Shown in pieces: positions 12,115-25,414 of a DNA stretch of 64,000 nucleotides. Origin of the DNA: Podarcis gaigeae (Eukaryota); NCBI GenBank assembly GCA_964106915.2, contig OZ066925.1; one strand, given 5' to 3'. The notes under the pieces are model-generated. The model did not search any database. It had not been told where the DNA came from and was given only the letters and a program-made list of their open reading frames with translations. How positions within the stretch are numbered: the stretch's first letter is position 1; each line of letters starts with the position of its first letter. The translations under genes and the position numbers were made by a program.

Positions 12115-14957
12115 AATTTATCAACATACATTCTCAAGTCCTTCGTTTCTAGTACTTCCCATCTGTTACTAAGCTACCTTCAGACAGATGTGCATGCCAT
12201 GTTCAATGTCTTAGCTTTTATCTACAAAGCTTCGCTGTACATTATCTAAAAGGAAGCTCTATAGCTCCAAGGCAAGAATGGCAGTTGACAGCCTTTACAC
12301 TCTAAACAGAGCAGAACCATATAAACACTTGATGACCTCATCAGCCCAGCAATCAGAACGTTCTGAAGAGTCCGTACAAGACAGCTGAACTTGCTCTCCA
12401 AAAAAACAACACAACCAGCAACACCATTTCTTCTGCCTCCCTTTCACTATGAAAAAACAACAACCATGAAACAGCTTCTGGAGAAAGAAAGGTTGAGACC
12501 AGTTATTGAAGAATCCATGTAGCTAATTAGGTTACACACATTTCTTTGGCTAGTGATTTTTTTTTTTAAAAAAATAAGCTTTTGTATCTATAAGGTCAAA
12601 GTGAGACATCAAGTTAACAGAATTAAAGGTAATTTTCTAATTTTTTTTGAAATAATGTGTAACTAGAGAACAGGACTCAGCACTGGTAGACAGTTGTATC
12701 AGTGTTATACTATCTGTGTGCATGTACATAACTCACTCAGTAACTGCATTATCAGTGTTAGAAGCTGAGATATGAAAGCCAGGAGCTAAATGGCACCTTA
12801 AACCTAGGTTATAGGAACAACAGAGAAATGTCTAGGCACACTTTTTTATTACAAGAATACAAAGCTGAAAATGAATGAGCTGCAGCTAAAATCTTATATT
12901 CATTTTTCACATGGTCTAGTCCTCATCTGAAGACTGCAAAAACAAAGCCATGCTTCCCCTGCCCACCCCACCCCCTAATATTCTTAAGAGGGTCTCTTAT
13001 CCAGTCTTCAGAGAGTGGCTGGAAGTGGGGAGACAGAAAAAGGTCCTCCTTTCCTTCCACTCTGCAGTTTTAATCTGAAATCTTAGGCACAGTACTGCGC
13101 CCAGAGCTCTGAAACTGCTCGCGCTGATGAAATTCCCTGTCACAAAATGGACCTAGAACAATAGGAGTTCTGAATGGTGTGCATCACCAATTTACAATTT
13201 GCACAAGTGAAATTATGCATGGCAGGCAAACCGTTAAATCAATTGGTCTGCCCAGTTCTGAGGGATCCTGGCCCAGTCTGTACATTTTGTAGCTCCCATG
13301 AGATCACCTGCAGGCATATTTGGGCCCAAGAATCACAGGGAGATGCCAACAATAAAAGGACACCCACAATTCCATGAATATGGCCACATGTGTAGCCCTA
13401 TAAAAATATACCAATGGTCTCATGAGATCCCCACCAGGCTGTGGATCTGCCAAAGGCCCATGAACTTCACAGGTGGTTCTGTGTGAGCCATCAAAATAGG
13501 CCAGGGTACAAATTTCCATATACCACAGACTTATGGGTTTCCCCAGCTTTCCTCCCCAGTAGAGTCCCCACAAAGACCCTCCTGAAAGGCAGAGACTATA
13601 CCAGAGATGGATTCAACATGGCGTAATGAGATGTAGCCAGAAGTGTACTCTGCCAATCCTTCCCTCCTTGAAGTTTTTTCCTAGCCATGACTCGGGACAA
13701 TGTAGTGATGTAAACCTATGTGAATATCAGCCTGAAGACAAAGAGAGTTGCTTCCAAACCTACAGTGCAGGACTTATTATTAATGTTAGGAGTATCTCTT
13801 GCTTCATTTTGGGAGGGGGAGGAAGTGAAAAGAGGGAGGGAGGGGTTTTAAAAATGCTTGAAAGGGAGGACTTGAGTATTCCGTCTTAAAACCCATAAAT
13901 GGAAAAATAAATACAATGAATATAGGTTATTAATCTAGACATATTAAGCTTTTGTTTGGAAAATATCTGTGGCTTCTGCCCTTTTTCCATGTCCTCATAT
14001 TTGGAGTTAGGGAAGAATGTTCAATCAGATCAGACTGGCAAACCTAGGTGGTTTGTCACACTGCCCATCACATTTTCCAATTATGTTAATACCTGTATGT
14101 AATTTAGCTGTGGCATTCCAGAGAATATAGTCTGTGTAGTCTTCAGAGCTAAGCAGCCAGAGGTATATCTCAACTGTATTGGCTTTACAGCCTTCCTATG
14201 CTCTTCCCTGATTGCAGCCTGACAGCTTGTTTCAGCTCTCACAAACACTTAATGTTTATTCATGTTCCTGCTGAAGTCCATGATTAAATAAGTCAAATAT
14301 TGACACCAACAAAAGCAGCTCACACCTCCATCCCAGAATTAACCATGAACCCATTAAATAACATGTGTCTTTCAATTAAAGGCAGCACACAATTCACCCT
14401 GAGGAAAATGTCAGGTGCCAGTAAAAGGCTATTTTCAAGGAGGCAGAACACTACCAGAAAATAGCTAGATTTCCAGTGGTGATATATGCAGCTATAACTT
14501 TGTGAGCCAGAATCAGTGTTGGACAAGAGTTCCTGGTTTGTAAGTTAGCAACCGCATAGAAACAATAATCCTGATCCATCTAGGGTGGCTAGTTACACGG
14601 CACCAAAACCAGGGAAATGGGCTGCACTCAATGAAATTATACTGGGAGTACATCCATTGAAATGAATAGACCCAAGTGAGGTATGTTCATTAATTTCATG
14701 GGTCTGCTCTGAGTTTGATGGTGTTGGGAGAAACTCCATGCCTCACTAAAAAAAGAGAGAGAGGTATTTATAAAATTTTATAAAAGTCTAGGTATTTTAT
14801 AAAAGTCTAGGTATTTATAGATTTATAAATATATATTACCTATATGAAAAATGCAGTACAGTAGGGAAGACTGTGACCAGGCTAACTTGCATTCTTGTTC
14901 AGTTTACTTGCCAGGTTCTGACTTTTGATAGACAAATCTACGGTTGCTCTCCTATTC

Positions 14958-14960
<3 letters not shown>

Positions 14961-15013
<53 letters not shown>

Positions 15014-15018
15014 CTTTC
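14961..15018. repeat. (CT)n(CTTT)n microsatellite
   Basis: Direct reading. Confidence 0.95.
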
Positions 15019-16350
15019 GGCTGCCTATCACCTCCCACAGTAAGACAGCCAGGCAGTGCGAACAGATCCTGCCCCATCAATGTAAGGTAGGAATGCTTGG
15101 ACCATGTTTTGATTTTCATTCATTCACTCCATGCTGACCCTGGGCCAGTTGTGCTCTGTTTATGAATTCTAAACTATAATTTGGGCTGAGGTTGTGTGTA
15201 CAGTGATGCTCTTCCATGAAACATGCCGTCCATTCAGAAAACCAGTGAAGCTGAAGCCGTATAAACAAAAACTGAGCCACAACAGAAAAAAGATACAATA
15301 GCTGCAAATTTCCACTGGCATATTACCAGTCATCACAATAAGCCCTGCTAACTCTTTTTTTTACAAAATGGAAAATGTAGCTCCATTTCCCTTTGCTCTC
15401 ATGCTGGGAATATCAAGTGTGCACTGAAGTGAATTGATTGTTCTGGCTTATAAATGCATTTACTTGTTATAGCTGCATTGGGTTTTAACAATACCAAATA
15501 CTTTTGTGTGTGCCTCCCACCCCAGAAAAAAAAAATCATAATCCTTATATATACAGAACAGCACAAGGATTAAGGATAATGTGAACTGCCTTGTGATTTT
15601 TATTTTTTTTTAATCACACAACCACCTGGGCATCATGCTTGTCACAGCAAAAGCTTCTACAGGCTATATAGTAAAAGTAAATCCTCCACACCAAACTCTA
15701 TGAAAGCCTATCAAAAAAGCATGACTGGCGAGATACGATTGTGTTTGTCAGTCACATCAAAAGCTGGATTATTACTGCATTTCACAGTGATGAAGGTCAG
15801 CACAAAACCCGTTAGTGGATAAAAACAGATCCAAGTCTTCCAACACCGCAGGAACGAACCAAGCTTCAACTACAGCATTCACTACGATGGGCAGACCAGC
15901 CAAACCTCAAGCGATGGAAACAGCAAAGGCAAGAAGATGTCTGTCATTTCAGTGACTCCCTGAATGCAAGCATTATTTATTAGAACTAAGTGCAACTCGA
16001 TCACAGCTGCGTTCTATACACAAAACAAACACAATGTTTCCTTCCACATTAACCACGCTTTCAAATTATATTAAACCTTATATAAATATAACTGGAGCAG
16101 TCACTATGCCTTTAAAACAGCCGTATTTACATGAATTCCCATAATCAGTATTCTACTGCCTGGTCACAAGATACTACTGGGGGGCACCATTAGTGCCACC
16201 AAAAGAATACAAATGTTTTAATACTGGTGAGCCAATGGCAACTAACTAGCTTATCTCTCTGTTTCCCTCTCTCTCAGAACCTACCTGTCTTGCAAGGTTG
16301 CTGCAAGGATAAAATAGGGGAGATCATGGCTGCCACCCTGAGATGAGTAT

Positions 16351-16637
16351 GAGAAGAAGAAGAAGAAGAAGAAGAAGAAGAAGAAGAAGAAGAGGAGGAG
16401 GAGTTTGGATTTGATATCACGCCTTTCACTCCCTTTAAGGAGTCTCAAAGCGGCTAACATTCTCCTTTCCCTTCCTCCCCCACAACAAACACTCTGTGAG
16501 GTGAGTGGGGCTGAGAGACTTCAGAGAAGTGTGACTGGCCCAAGGTCACCCAGCAGCTGCATGTGGAGGAGCGGAGACGCGAACCCGGTTCCCCAGATTA
16601 CGAGACTACCGCTCTTAACCACTACACCACACTGGCT
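16351..16637 (-). mobile_element. tRNA-derived MIR/CORE-like SINE with (CTT)n tail
   Basis: Minus strand starts agccagtgtggtgtagtggttaagagc (A box) ... ccgggttcgcgtc (B-box-like), then gggtgaccttgggccagtcac (CORE-like). It ends in an L2-like gccgctttgag stem and the (GAA)n run at 16351-16400. CpGs are retained. Confidence 0.85.
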
Positions 16638-16893
16638 GAGAAAGACAAGGATAAAAAAGTAGTGTCCCTCTTGTCATGCATGTCCATCCTCCTGTCTTCT
16701 TCCAACTACACTCAACCCAGAGCAGAAAGGATGGGGGTGGAGGGGGGGCTTTCCAAACATCACTTCCAACGTGGGCATGTGAGATGTGTCCTTTGGAATG
16801 GGACTGTTCCCAGACCTCATCTCTCAGCTGTGATGAGGCGAAAAATTGGGGCACATGAGAGGCTACCCACTGCTGGAGAGAGGAGGAGTAGAG

Positions 16894-16998
16894 CAGGCAT
16901 AGGCAAACTCAGCCCTCCAGATGTTTTGGGACTACAACTCCCATCATCCCTGACCACTGGTCCTGTTAGCTGGGGATGATGGAGTTTACCTATGCCTG
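16894..16998. mobile_element. hAT-type MITE, internally deleted, with perfect 8-bp TSD
   Basis: TIRs caggcataggcaaact / agtttacctatgcctg; TSD gagtagag at 16886-16893 and 16999-17006. Confidence 0.9.
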
Positions 16999-18669
16999 GA
17001 GTAGAGACTATTCCATGCTATAGCTCACCATTCAGACACCACACCAGGTGAGCAAGAAATGGGAGAACTCAACTGTTGCATTTTTCTATGTGGAAGGACT
17101 GTGGCTGAGGGGCAGTGTCTCCTTTGAAAGCCCTGGTTTCAATCTCCAGGTAGGTTTGCGAAACTCCTGTCCAAACTCCTAGAGAGCTGCTGCAAGTCAA
17201 TGTAAACAATTCTGAGCTAGATGAAGCCATGGTCTGATGTGATGTAAGTTTACATGCACAACTGCATTGCTCTTTGTTGTAGGAAAACCTTGGATAACAG
17301 GCTGTGGATGGGCCTGAGTTAAATATGAATAATAATAATAAAAATGAAGAACCTTCAGGACTTTTTTTCAATCTCATTGATGTTTTTTCTTCAGGAGGCA
17401 GTGGCTTTCCTTAGAATATCAGCTGATCCAGTTGCCCTCTAATGTTTGGGAAGAGGAAGTCTTGCCAAAGAGAGGGGGACTCTGCTTGCAGAGCTTGTAG
17501 CTTGTAGCCAAAGAAGACATTTCTGTTCAGTAAGACTAGTTTCCATTTTGCTCAGTGGCTTAGTGCACTTGGCATTACACAGCTTGAGGCAATCCGAGCC
17601 AAAAGAATAAAACGCAAGAGTCACCGCAGCTAACAAGCTTTACTTTCCCTCAAATGCCTCACCCAAACCAGTTGGCGACAACATTTTTTTTTTAATGAAC
17701 TTCTCACTCGCTCTCATTTTCTTTACTCATCACAGCCAAACTTCAATTTGGAGTTTTGCTGGGAACAGGAACATATGCATTCCTTCTTAAGACCACCAAG
17801 ACACAGGGAAAACCATGGCAGCTGATGTGTTGACGGTTGTCACTCATTTGCAATAATCCATAAAAATGGCAGATGGAAACAAGCAGACCAATCTACTCCT
17901 GATATCCTAAAAAAGCAAGGGCCAAAAACTAAAAATCAGTTTGTATGCCAATTTTATTTGAGGGACTGGATATAAACATAAATGACACCATGACATGCAC
18001 ATAATTAACTGTTCCTATACAAAAGGATTTAGGCTGACTCACCAAGAATGGTTTTAATAAATGGCTACATAATTTCTTAAACCCCAGCAAAGTGTTAAAG
18101 CTGCTCTTCACGAAAACATGGCAGTTCAATTGCTTGTTAATACGGCAAGTGCCAAGAAGTATGCTGCAGTACCCAGTGGAGATCAATAACCAGCAAATCA
18201 AGTACTCGGGCTTGAAAAATGGAAATCTACTATTCTCTGCTAAACATTGGATTGATTGGTATCATTTTCCAATACTCTATTTTTTTTAAAGCGTATTTGG
18301 CACCCACAGCATCGCAATAAACCCAATCCATCATCTGCCGCTCTTTCCTCTCCCCATTTGCAAAGCTGTTAACTTCACAAAGGTCACCAAACAATACAGA
18401 AAACTACGAGCGGAGCCAAAACAACAAACGGTACAAAGGATCGTTTTATTTACTTGGGTGGACACATTAATGAATTTTGCTTAGTCTGGGAAAAGGCACA
18501 GTGCAGCCCTGGCAGAACTTGCCACGTACAGAGAATGATGCAAGAGCTTTGCCAGTAGAATGTACGGTAAATGGTAATTAAGCAATTAAACATGAAAACA
18601 ATGTGCGCCAGGTTGAACTAATGCTGCCTCATTCCTCTCGCAACTTTTTCCACCTCAGAAGTTGTTATA

Positions 18670-18895
18670 CAGTGGTACCTCGGGTTACATACGCTTCAGG
18701 TTACAGACACTGCTAACCCAGAAATAGTACCTCGGGTTAAGAACTTTGCTTCAGGATGAGAACAGAAATCGTGTGGCGGCGGTGCAGCAGCAGTAGGAGG
18801 TCCCATTAACTAAAGTGGTGCTTCAGGTTAATAACAGTTTCAGGTTAAGAACGGACCTCTGGAACGAATTAAGTACTTGACCCAAGGTACCACTG
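18670..18895 (+). mobile_element. Tigger/pogo-like (Tc1-mariner) MITE, family A
   Basis: TIRs cagtggtacctcgggtta / tgacccaaggtaccactg, TA on the left flank; many copies in the window. Strand is an arbitrary family orientation. Confidence 0.9.
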
Positions 18896-20461
18896 CACTT
18901 CCAAAATGGCACATGACCTGTTTGGTTAGACCAGAGTCTTGCAATTGTCGGAGGGAAACAAGCCCGACTCTCTGGCCCCACACAGGGCAAAACCGCCCGA
19001 TTTCCCTTCCTCAACCCTCCTTAAGTAGACACTGACCCACACGCCCTACGATATGCTAGCCCTCTGTGTGCACCCAATTTCCATGAGAACTGCAGACTCT
19101 TCTTCAGTGCCTACAGCTTACTCTATCACGAAAGCATTCTTTATTAAATCCTCTACTCTTTCACTCTGCAAAACAACTGCCTAATACTTGAGTTGTTTCC
19201 TGTTGTTGTTGGGTTTTGTTTTGTTTTTTTGCTCCACACTCCAAAAGTCCTCCATTGTACCTGCTTCTCTTCAACTCCGTTTCACCTCTGCAAGTTCACC
19301 GCTCTCCATCTTTAATTTAATTTTATTTTTTAAAGAACAAGGGAAAGAAATTGGACAAGCAGTGTGTTACTTCCAGGCACTTGGCCCATTTTATGCCACT
19401 GTGCAGGTGAAATAATAGGAGATGGCTACAGAGGTGAATTCTCGTCTAAGGCCACAGGATTATCCATAGCTATGAAAGGTCAGCGTTATTGGTATACAAG
19501 AGTATGTATTTCTGCATTGATTTATTTTTACAGCCTTTTCTTAAGGCTCCAAAAACTGTGGAGACCTACCAGGAGGAAATGTTTCCCCAGCCACTTCTGC
19601 AACTACCTATCATTATGTGAACACCTACTGGACGAGATAAATGTTTAAAAGGACAAGATGATTACTAGCCTATCAACAGCTTGCAACTTCTAAAATAAAT
19701 TGTCTGACCTAAGGTAGACCCAAGATAAACCCAGAAGGGTAAAATGAATGCTGGTGCTTCCTTCTTCATTATTTACTCTCTCTTTTTTTGAACAATACTG
19801 CGGGGGTTTTTTTTGAAAGCACAGAGTTCAAATGTGAAAATGCAAAAAATAATAATAATCTAAGACATAAATAGATGCTCTTAAAAACCTGAGCCATTGA
19901 TTGTACCTAACCTGACCCCTGATGCCCTCACAGGCCCCCATCTGCAGTCTGCAAAGCAATGCCATTTTACTGTGATAAATGGTCACTTCCCGCAGCTCGC
20001 ACAAACTGCACGACAGACGGTGCTTCCCAAAGCCATCTTTTATCTCAAGTGTTTTAAAGAGAAATGTTTCTCTCTCTTTTTCTTATGTGGAGGAGAGATG
20101 GGGAGGGGGTGGGGAATCAATAACAAAAAGGCTTCAAGAAACTCCAGTATTTTCTGTCTGGCCAGGGCAAAACAGGCCAATATGAAATAAAATATACAGC
20201 CAGGAAAAAAAATATCAAAAGAAAGATAACTTCCCAAGGATGTTATTCAACTATGTTTCAGTGGACTCACCAAAATTAACCAGCCTAATTTAGTCCTGAT
20301 CATTAATTTCAGTGGGTCTACTTTAACTTAATTTAATACCACCCCAAGTGTTTGACCGTAGGGACCTATTTAAGCTAACGTGTGAATGAGAATATTTTAA
20401 ACCAGTGGTTCACAACCTATTTGAGACAAGTATCGGATTAGAATAACTATTGACCAGTCAC

Positions 20462-20860
20462 TCATACTCCCTTCTTAATGAAGGTGGTAGAGGGAGTCAT
20501 GGTGACAAAGCTGCAAGCATTCTTGGTTGAGGCAGATTATTTAGATCCTTTCCAGTCTGGGTTCAGGCCTGGTTATGGGACTGAGCTGGCCTAGTTACCT
20601 AGTTATGCTATGGGATGCTGCAGAATACTAATTTATCCCCAACAGTACTTAATATCTGTATGAAGCTGCTGGGAATGGTCATTACGAGTTTTGAAGCAAG
20701 GTGACACCAGTATGCTCTTTTTCACTCAAGCTTTCTTTTTCCATATCATATGAATCAGGTGAGACTGTGGGCACCAGACTGATGCCCAGACAGAGTTAGG
20801 ATGAATGAGGGAATGTAAGTGGAGCTTGAATCTTGGCGAGATGGAAGCACTGTGGGCAAG
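20462..20860 (+). mobile_element. Degenerate L2 LINE RT fragment
   Basis: Translates near ...LQAFLVEADYLDPFQSGFRPGYGTE..., the L2/CR1-group RT motif; frame is broken downstream. Confidence 0.8.
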
Positions 20861-22142
20861 TGGGCATTTTAAAGGTATAGCTCTGTGAGGGTACTGGAGA
20901 TCTCTTAACAACTCTTAGTACTCTTAAACCACAGTTCTTAAAATTCTTTTGAAGAAACCATGACTGTCTAAAGTGGTATCACAGTACTTTAAATGTATGG
21001 TGTGAATATAGCCAGAGTTTAAGGAGCTCCAGCAGCTTCTGAAGAATATCCAGCACTAAGGCTGCGCGTTTTGCTTTTTTAAAACCTCCCAGTTTTGTTT
21101 GTACAGCTATGAGACAGCAGAAGAATGCGGTAACAAGACACTCAAGAAGTGGCCAGTAAAAATCAAGAGCTGTTTTGGATTCTCATTATCGATTAGGATT
21201 TTTAGGCCATCACTTCAATTTATGGGAGTGCTTCTGTCTATTTGACTGAAGATTGAGTATCACTTTCAGTAAAGTGTCTAGCAAACCGCTATGCCAATAT
21301 AGGTAAATCAAGTGAGAGGAAATATCACACAGCCTTCAATAATTTGGAACGGAGTTATTTTGCAGCTGGGGTGAACAGCATCGTCAAGCATTTTGGCAGT
21401 ACGTTCTTAATGCCTACCATTTATGATCTCAATTTAGGGCACAAGGTAGCAATCCTCCTTTCTCACGTAATTAAACCTTGCTCGAAGAGGTATGCCTCAT
21501 TTAAATCAATGAGCCAAGGACTGGGGGTGAGTGACAGAAATGCATATGCAGGAAAAGGTCTCGGGGAGGCATGGAGATGAAAACAGAACAGACTGTTTTC
21601 CAACACATTCATTTTAGCAAATTATGATTTACAGATGGAAAGTCACACTCTTTCACACATGATGCATGGGTGACCTACACATTTACTGAGCATATGCCTC
21701 TGACACAAGGCTGAGTTTAGAGTCAATTGTAAACAGACAATAACCTCTGATGGCTTAATTGTGCAACACAGAGCACTTTCCTTACTGGAGACAAGAAGAA
21801 ACTTAAGGCTAAAAAGAGACAGAGATGTCAATGTGAAGAGCCAGGAAAATGCTAAATGCAGACTGTAGCCAATCCACAACAACAACAACACAGATATAAA
21901 TATTTATTACGGCAATAAGATAATCACTGCAGTTTCTAATTATGTGTGAGTTAAGTGTAACACTATAGTATTTAAGATTTAGCCAGGAAAATCTATTGAT
22001 TCCAAAAGAGGGTCTAATAAAGCATGAGGATTAGAAGATTTAGCCTGTAATAGCAGTATTGTAAACACCTGCAATTCCGTCACAAATATGGGAGCATTAG
22101 GAGCTACCTAGAGACTGGAGAGAAACGGGATAGGAAGAGACA

Positions 22143-24161
22143 ATTTTCTATTCTTTATTTATATGGCTATTAGCCCATAAAGTATGTACGAACATAAAAG
22201 CACAGAAGCATAAAGACCAATATATCTAACAACAGAAGGTGAACACCACGATGCAGGGGTGGGTCATTGAGCAGTGACAAATACAGCTTGGGGCCCGGAA
22301 AGATCCAAGGGACGGTTCACAGAAAAAGGAAAACTGGAGACGAGATCCGTCATGCACTCTCATCATAACTGTCCGATTAGTTTTGGTATTGTTGTTTTTT
22401 GGTGGTTTTTGTGTGTGAGATAACCGCACTCAGGAATCTCGCCACCTGCAGAGTTACAGAAGGATCTGTATCCTGCAAAAGCAGTGCAGCATGTGACTCA
22501 ACAGGCCTGCCAACCAAGCGCAGTAAAGCAGGACCCAGGAATTTAGTCCTGGCTATGCTATGTAGGGGACAGTAGAACATTATATGTGGAAGAGATTCAA
22601 CTGTTTTCCCGTCACACTCGCATAGCGGAGACACCAAACCCTTGGAAAATCTGTGGCTCAGCAGGTTCGATGGAAAAACATTGAACCTTGCACGAATAAA
22701 TGCAAGTCGGTGTGGTACAGATGAAAGAGATGACATGTATGATGGAAGGCCAAGTGGTGGGGTTATTCCGTGATACCTGGGGGAGCAGACACCCCCACCC
22801 CTGGAGAGGTTGTGTTGATTTTCAATGTCTGCTAATCTTTGCTCGATAAGGCTTTTGGCTGAGCGTAGGTTCATCTTTAAGGAGTCCGCTGCGGAAATTC
22901 CGATGCTCAGAAGTTTGGCATGGATTTTTCCTACCCATGGATTGACAAAGTCATCCCGCCAGAGGCACTGAAAGAGGTAATGGTCGGGAAGCCTATGCCA
23001 GCTGGACAGCCAATAGCCAAAGACTCGCTTCCAGATGACAGTCTCCAATGATGCAATCCTTAACTCCAGACGTATGGCTGCGTTGCTCACACACATGGGG
23101 AGTTTCAGGAGGCGACGGAGAAACTGATTCTGCAATGTCCCCAGCGATGTTAAATTGGACCCTGGGGCCCAGAGCGGGGCAGCATAACAGAGGGTGGAAA
23201 CCACTTTTGCGTGGTACACCTTCAATGCAGAAGGAATGTGGGAGGCTCCGTCGGCCGCAAAAAATTGGAGTAGAGTATAAAGTATTGTTTTCCCTTTGTT
23301 TAGTAAATGCTGTATCTGTGGCTTCCAGCTTAGGTTGTAGTGAAAAAAGACTCCCAGGTATTTAAATTTGAAAACCTGTTCTAATTGGACTCCATCTAAC
23401 TTCCAGCTGTAAGTTTTCCGAGACCTGGTAAAGACCAGGACTTTAGATTTCCCATGATTAATTGTCAGATGGTTGAGTTTGCAATAAGCCGCAAAAATCT
23501 TTAGAGCTCTGCATAAACCGACTCTAGAGTAGGAAAGGATCGCTGCATCGTCGGCATATAGGAGCAGAGGGCAGCGAAAATCAGCTAGGCAGGGGGCATG
23601 AATGTTGGCTTGAGACTCACTCAGAAAGAGCTTCATGTCGCTAATAAACAAGTTGAAGAGGAGTGGGGCCAAAATGCAGCCTTGGCGCACTCCTCTATTT
23701 ATTGGGACCTCGTCGGATAGGTTTCCCGCCGGTGTGAGTCTCACTCTAGCCGACGACCCGTGGTGTAATTGGGTTATAAGCCATAACAGCCTTCTATCTA
23801 TGCCCCATCTCTCTAATTTCTTCCATAGACAGTTTCTTGGGATACTGTCGAAGGCGGCCTTTAGGTCTATGAAAGCGACACATAGGCGCCCCCGACTCGG
23901 GGCAGAATATTTTCTGGCAAGATGATACATAATTACCATATGGTCAGTGGTAAAATAATTGTTCCTAAAGCCTGCTTGCTCATGGCCAATCAAATTTGAG
24001 TCGTATGCCCAATGGGACAGCTTGGACAGCAAAAATTTTGCATAGATTTTCCCGATGATAGACAAAAGGCTGATGTTCCGATAGTTCTCTGGGTCAGCAG
24101 AGGGACCCTTTTTATGGACTGGTACGATCACGGCCTCCTTCCATGACCTAGGGATAAGCCC
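22143..24161 (-). mobile_element. 5'-truncated RTE-X-like non-LTR retrotransposon, young
   Basis: 12-bp TSD taggaagagaca at 22131-22142 and 24162-24173; 3' end on minus strand ...gccatataaataaagaatagaa; uninterrupted RT ORF inside. Confidence 0.9.
22377..24161 (-). CDS. Reverse transcriptase plus C-terminal Cys/His domain of the LINE (endonuclease lost by 5' truncation)
   Basis: Motifs YRNISLLS, EQAGFR, AFIDLKAAFDS, GVRQGCILAPLLFNLF, LLYADD, FKYLGV and C-terminal CxC...ESLPHIMFYC. About the first 70 aa of the 665-aa track ORF lie outside the TSD. Clade assignment is from motif recall. Confidence 0.85.
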   Translation of the reverse strand, partial: GLIPRSWKEAVIVPVHKKGPSADPENYRNISLLSIIGKIYAKFLLSKLSHWAYDSNLIGHEQAGFRNNYFTTDHMVIMYHLARKYSAPSRGRLCVAFIDLKAAFDSIPRNCLWKKLERWGIDRRLLWLITQLHHGSSARVRLTPAGNLSDEVPINRGVRQGCILAPLLFNLFISDMKLFLSESQANIHAPCLADFRCPLLLYADDAAILSYSRVGLCRALKIFAAYCKLNHLTINHGKSKVLVFTRSRKTYSWKLDGVQLEQVFKFKYLGVFFHYNLSWKPQIQHLLNKGKTILYTLLQFFAADGASHIPSALKVYHAKVVSTLCYAAPLWAPGSNLTSLGTLQNQFLRRLLKLPMCVSNAAIRLELRIASLETVIWKRVFGYWLSSWHRLPDHYLFQCLWRDDFVNPWVGKIHAKLLSIGISAADSLKMNLRSAKSLIEQRLADIENQHNLSRGGGVCSPRYHGITPPLGLPSYMSSLSSVPHRLAFIRARFNVFPSNLLSHRFSKGLVSPLCECDGKTVESLPHIMFYCPLHSIARTKFLGPALLRLVGRPVESHAALLLQDTDPSVTLQVARFLSAVISHTKTTKKQQYQN

Positions 24162-24417
24162 TAGGAAGAGACAGAAGCTTTGCATGCAGAAGGCCCTAGG
24201 TTCAATCCATAGCAATGCATTTTGTAGATGTGCTGTGCCACTGTCTAGAGGCAGTGATGGACTGGATAAGGGCCAATAAACTACAGATGTATTCCAAAAA
24301 GACAGAGGTACCATGAATAGGCAGTTCTCAAAGTCAGAAATTGAGGATATGACCCATTTTGGATGGAGTCGCACTCACCATGAAGAAACATATACCAACC
24401 TGCCATAGCAGGGGACC

Positions 24418-24806
24418 ATAGGAATGTGGATGGTGCTGTGGTCTAAACCACTGAGCCTCTTGGGTTTGCCGATCAGAAGATCAGCGGTTTGAATCCATGG
24501 GACGGTGTGAGCTCCCGTTGCTCTGTCCCAGCTTCTACCATCCTAGCAGTTCAAAAGCACACCAGTGCAAGTAGATAAATAGGTACTGGTGAGGCAGGAA
24601 GGTAAACGGCATTTCCATGCACTTTGGCATTCGTCACGGTGTCCCGTTGCACCAGAAGCGGTTTAGTCATGCTGGCCACATGACCTGTAAAGCTGTCTGC
24701 AGACAAATGACAGATCCCTCAGCCTGAAAAGTGATGAGCGCTGCAATCCCATAGTCGCCTTTGACTGGACCTAACTGTCCAGGGGTCATTTACCTTTTTT
24801 TTACCT
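24418..24806 (+). mobile_element. Sauria SINE, full length
   Basis: tRNA-like head ggtgctgtggtctaaaccactgagcc...ggtttgaatcc, body gtgcaagtagataaataggtac, tail tttacctttt; 12-bp TSD tagcaggggacc at 24406-24417 and 24807-24818. Confidence 0.92.
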
Positions 24807-25414
24807 TAGCAGGGGACCTTCCAGATAAGCAAGACTACTGTAGACACAGACTACAGCAACCTCCAAGGTCACGCTCCAGAGAAGCAGTGGCTTCAAAAAG
24901 GGCAGTCTAAATTTTGGCTCCTGATAAGCAAAAGGTTAAGATCAGGTCCATACAACGTGCTGGTAGCAAAACACTGCTCCAACCAGCTCACCCAGCCTTA
25001 CTCGAGGCTTTTAAGCTAGAGCTACCAGAACTCTACCCTGAGCCCAGCTGCGGCCTCTTAAGAGGCTTCTGTGGAGAGTATTCCTCCCGAGGAAAGCCTT
25101 ACTCCTGAGTAGCCCTTTACTCTTCTGCCACCAAGCACTCCTGACTGTGAGGGTCTCAGTCTGCCTCTTGAGCTGCTGGTGGTTCTTCTGCATCAGAGGC
25201 CCAGCTCCTTTTCTGCGGGAAAGGATCCTTCCCTGTCTCCCTAGAGCATCCCAGATTTTCCTCAGCTGTTGGTTTGGGATGTTTCTTGGGGAGCCAGATC
25301 GTCCTAAAAAGAGAAATAATCTGACAGGAGCATTGCTACATAGCTTGGGGATAATCCACTGATCTTCGTGGCAAGGAAGGCATCTTCTCACCTCCAGATG
25401 TTTTCTCTTCTTCT

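Noticed and set aside
15826-15963. Stretch open in all three plus frames
   Set aside because: A/C-rich composition explains the lack of stops; no recognisable peptide or flanking splice signals.
24162-24374. N-terminal ~70 aa of the 665-aa ORF as part of the LINE protein
   Set aside because: It lies outside the TSD and overlaps an antisense SINE remnant; chance read-through.
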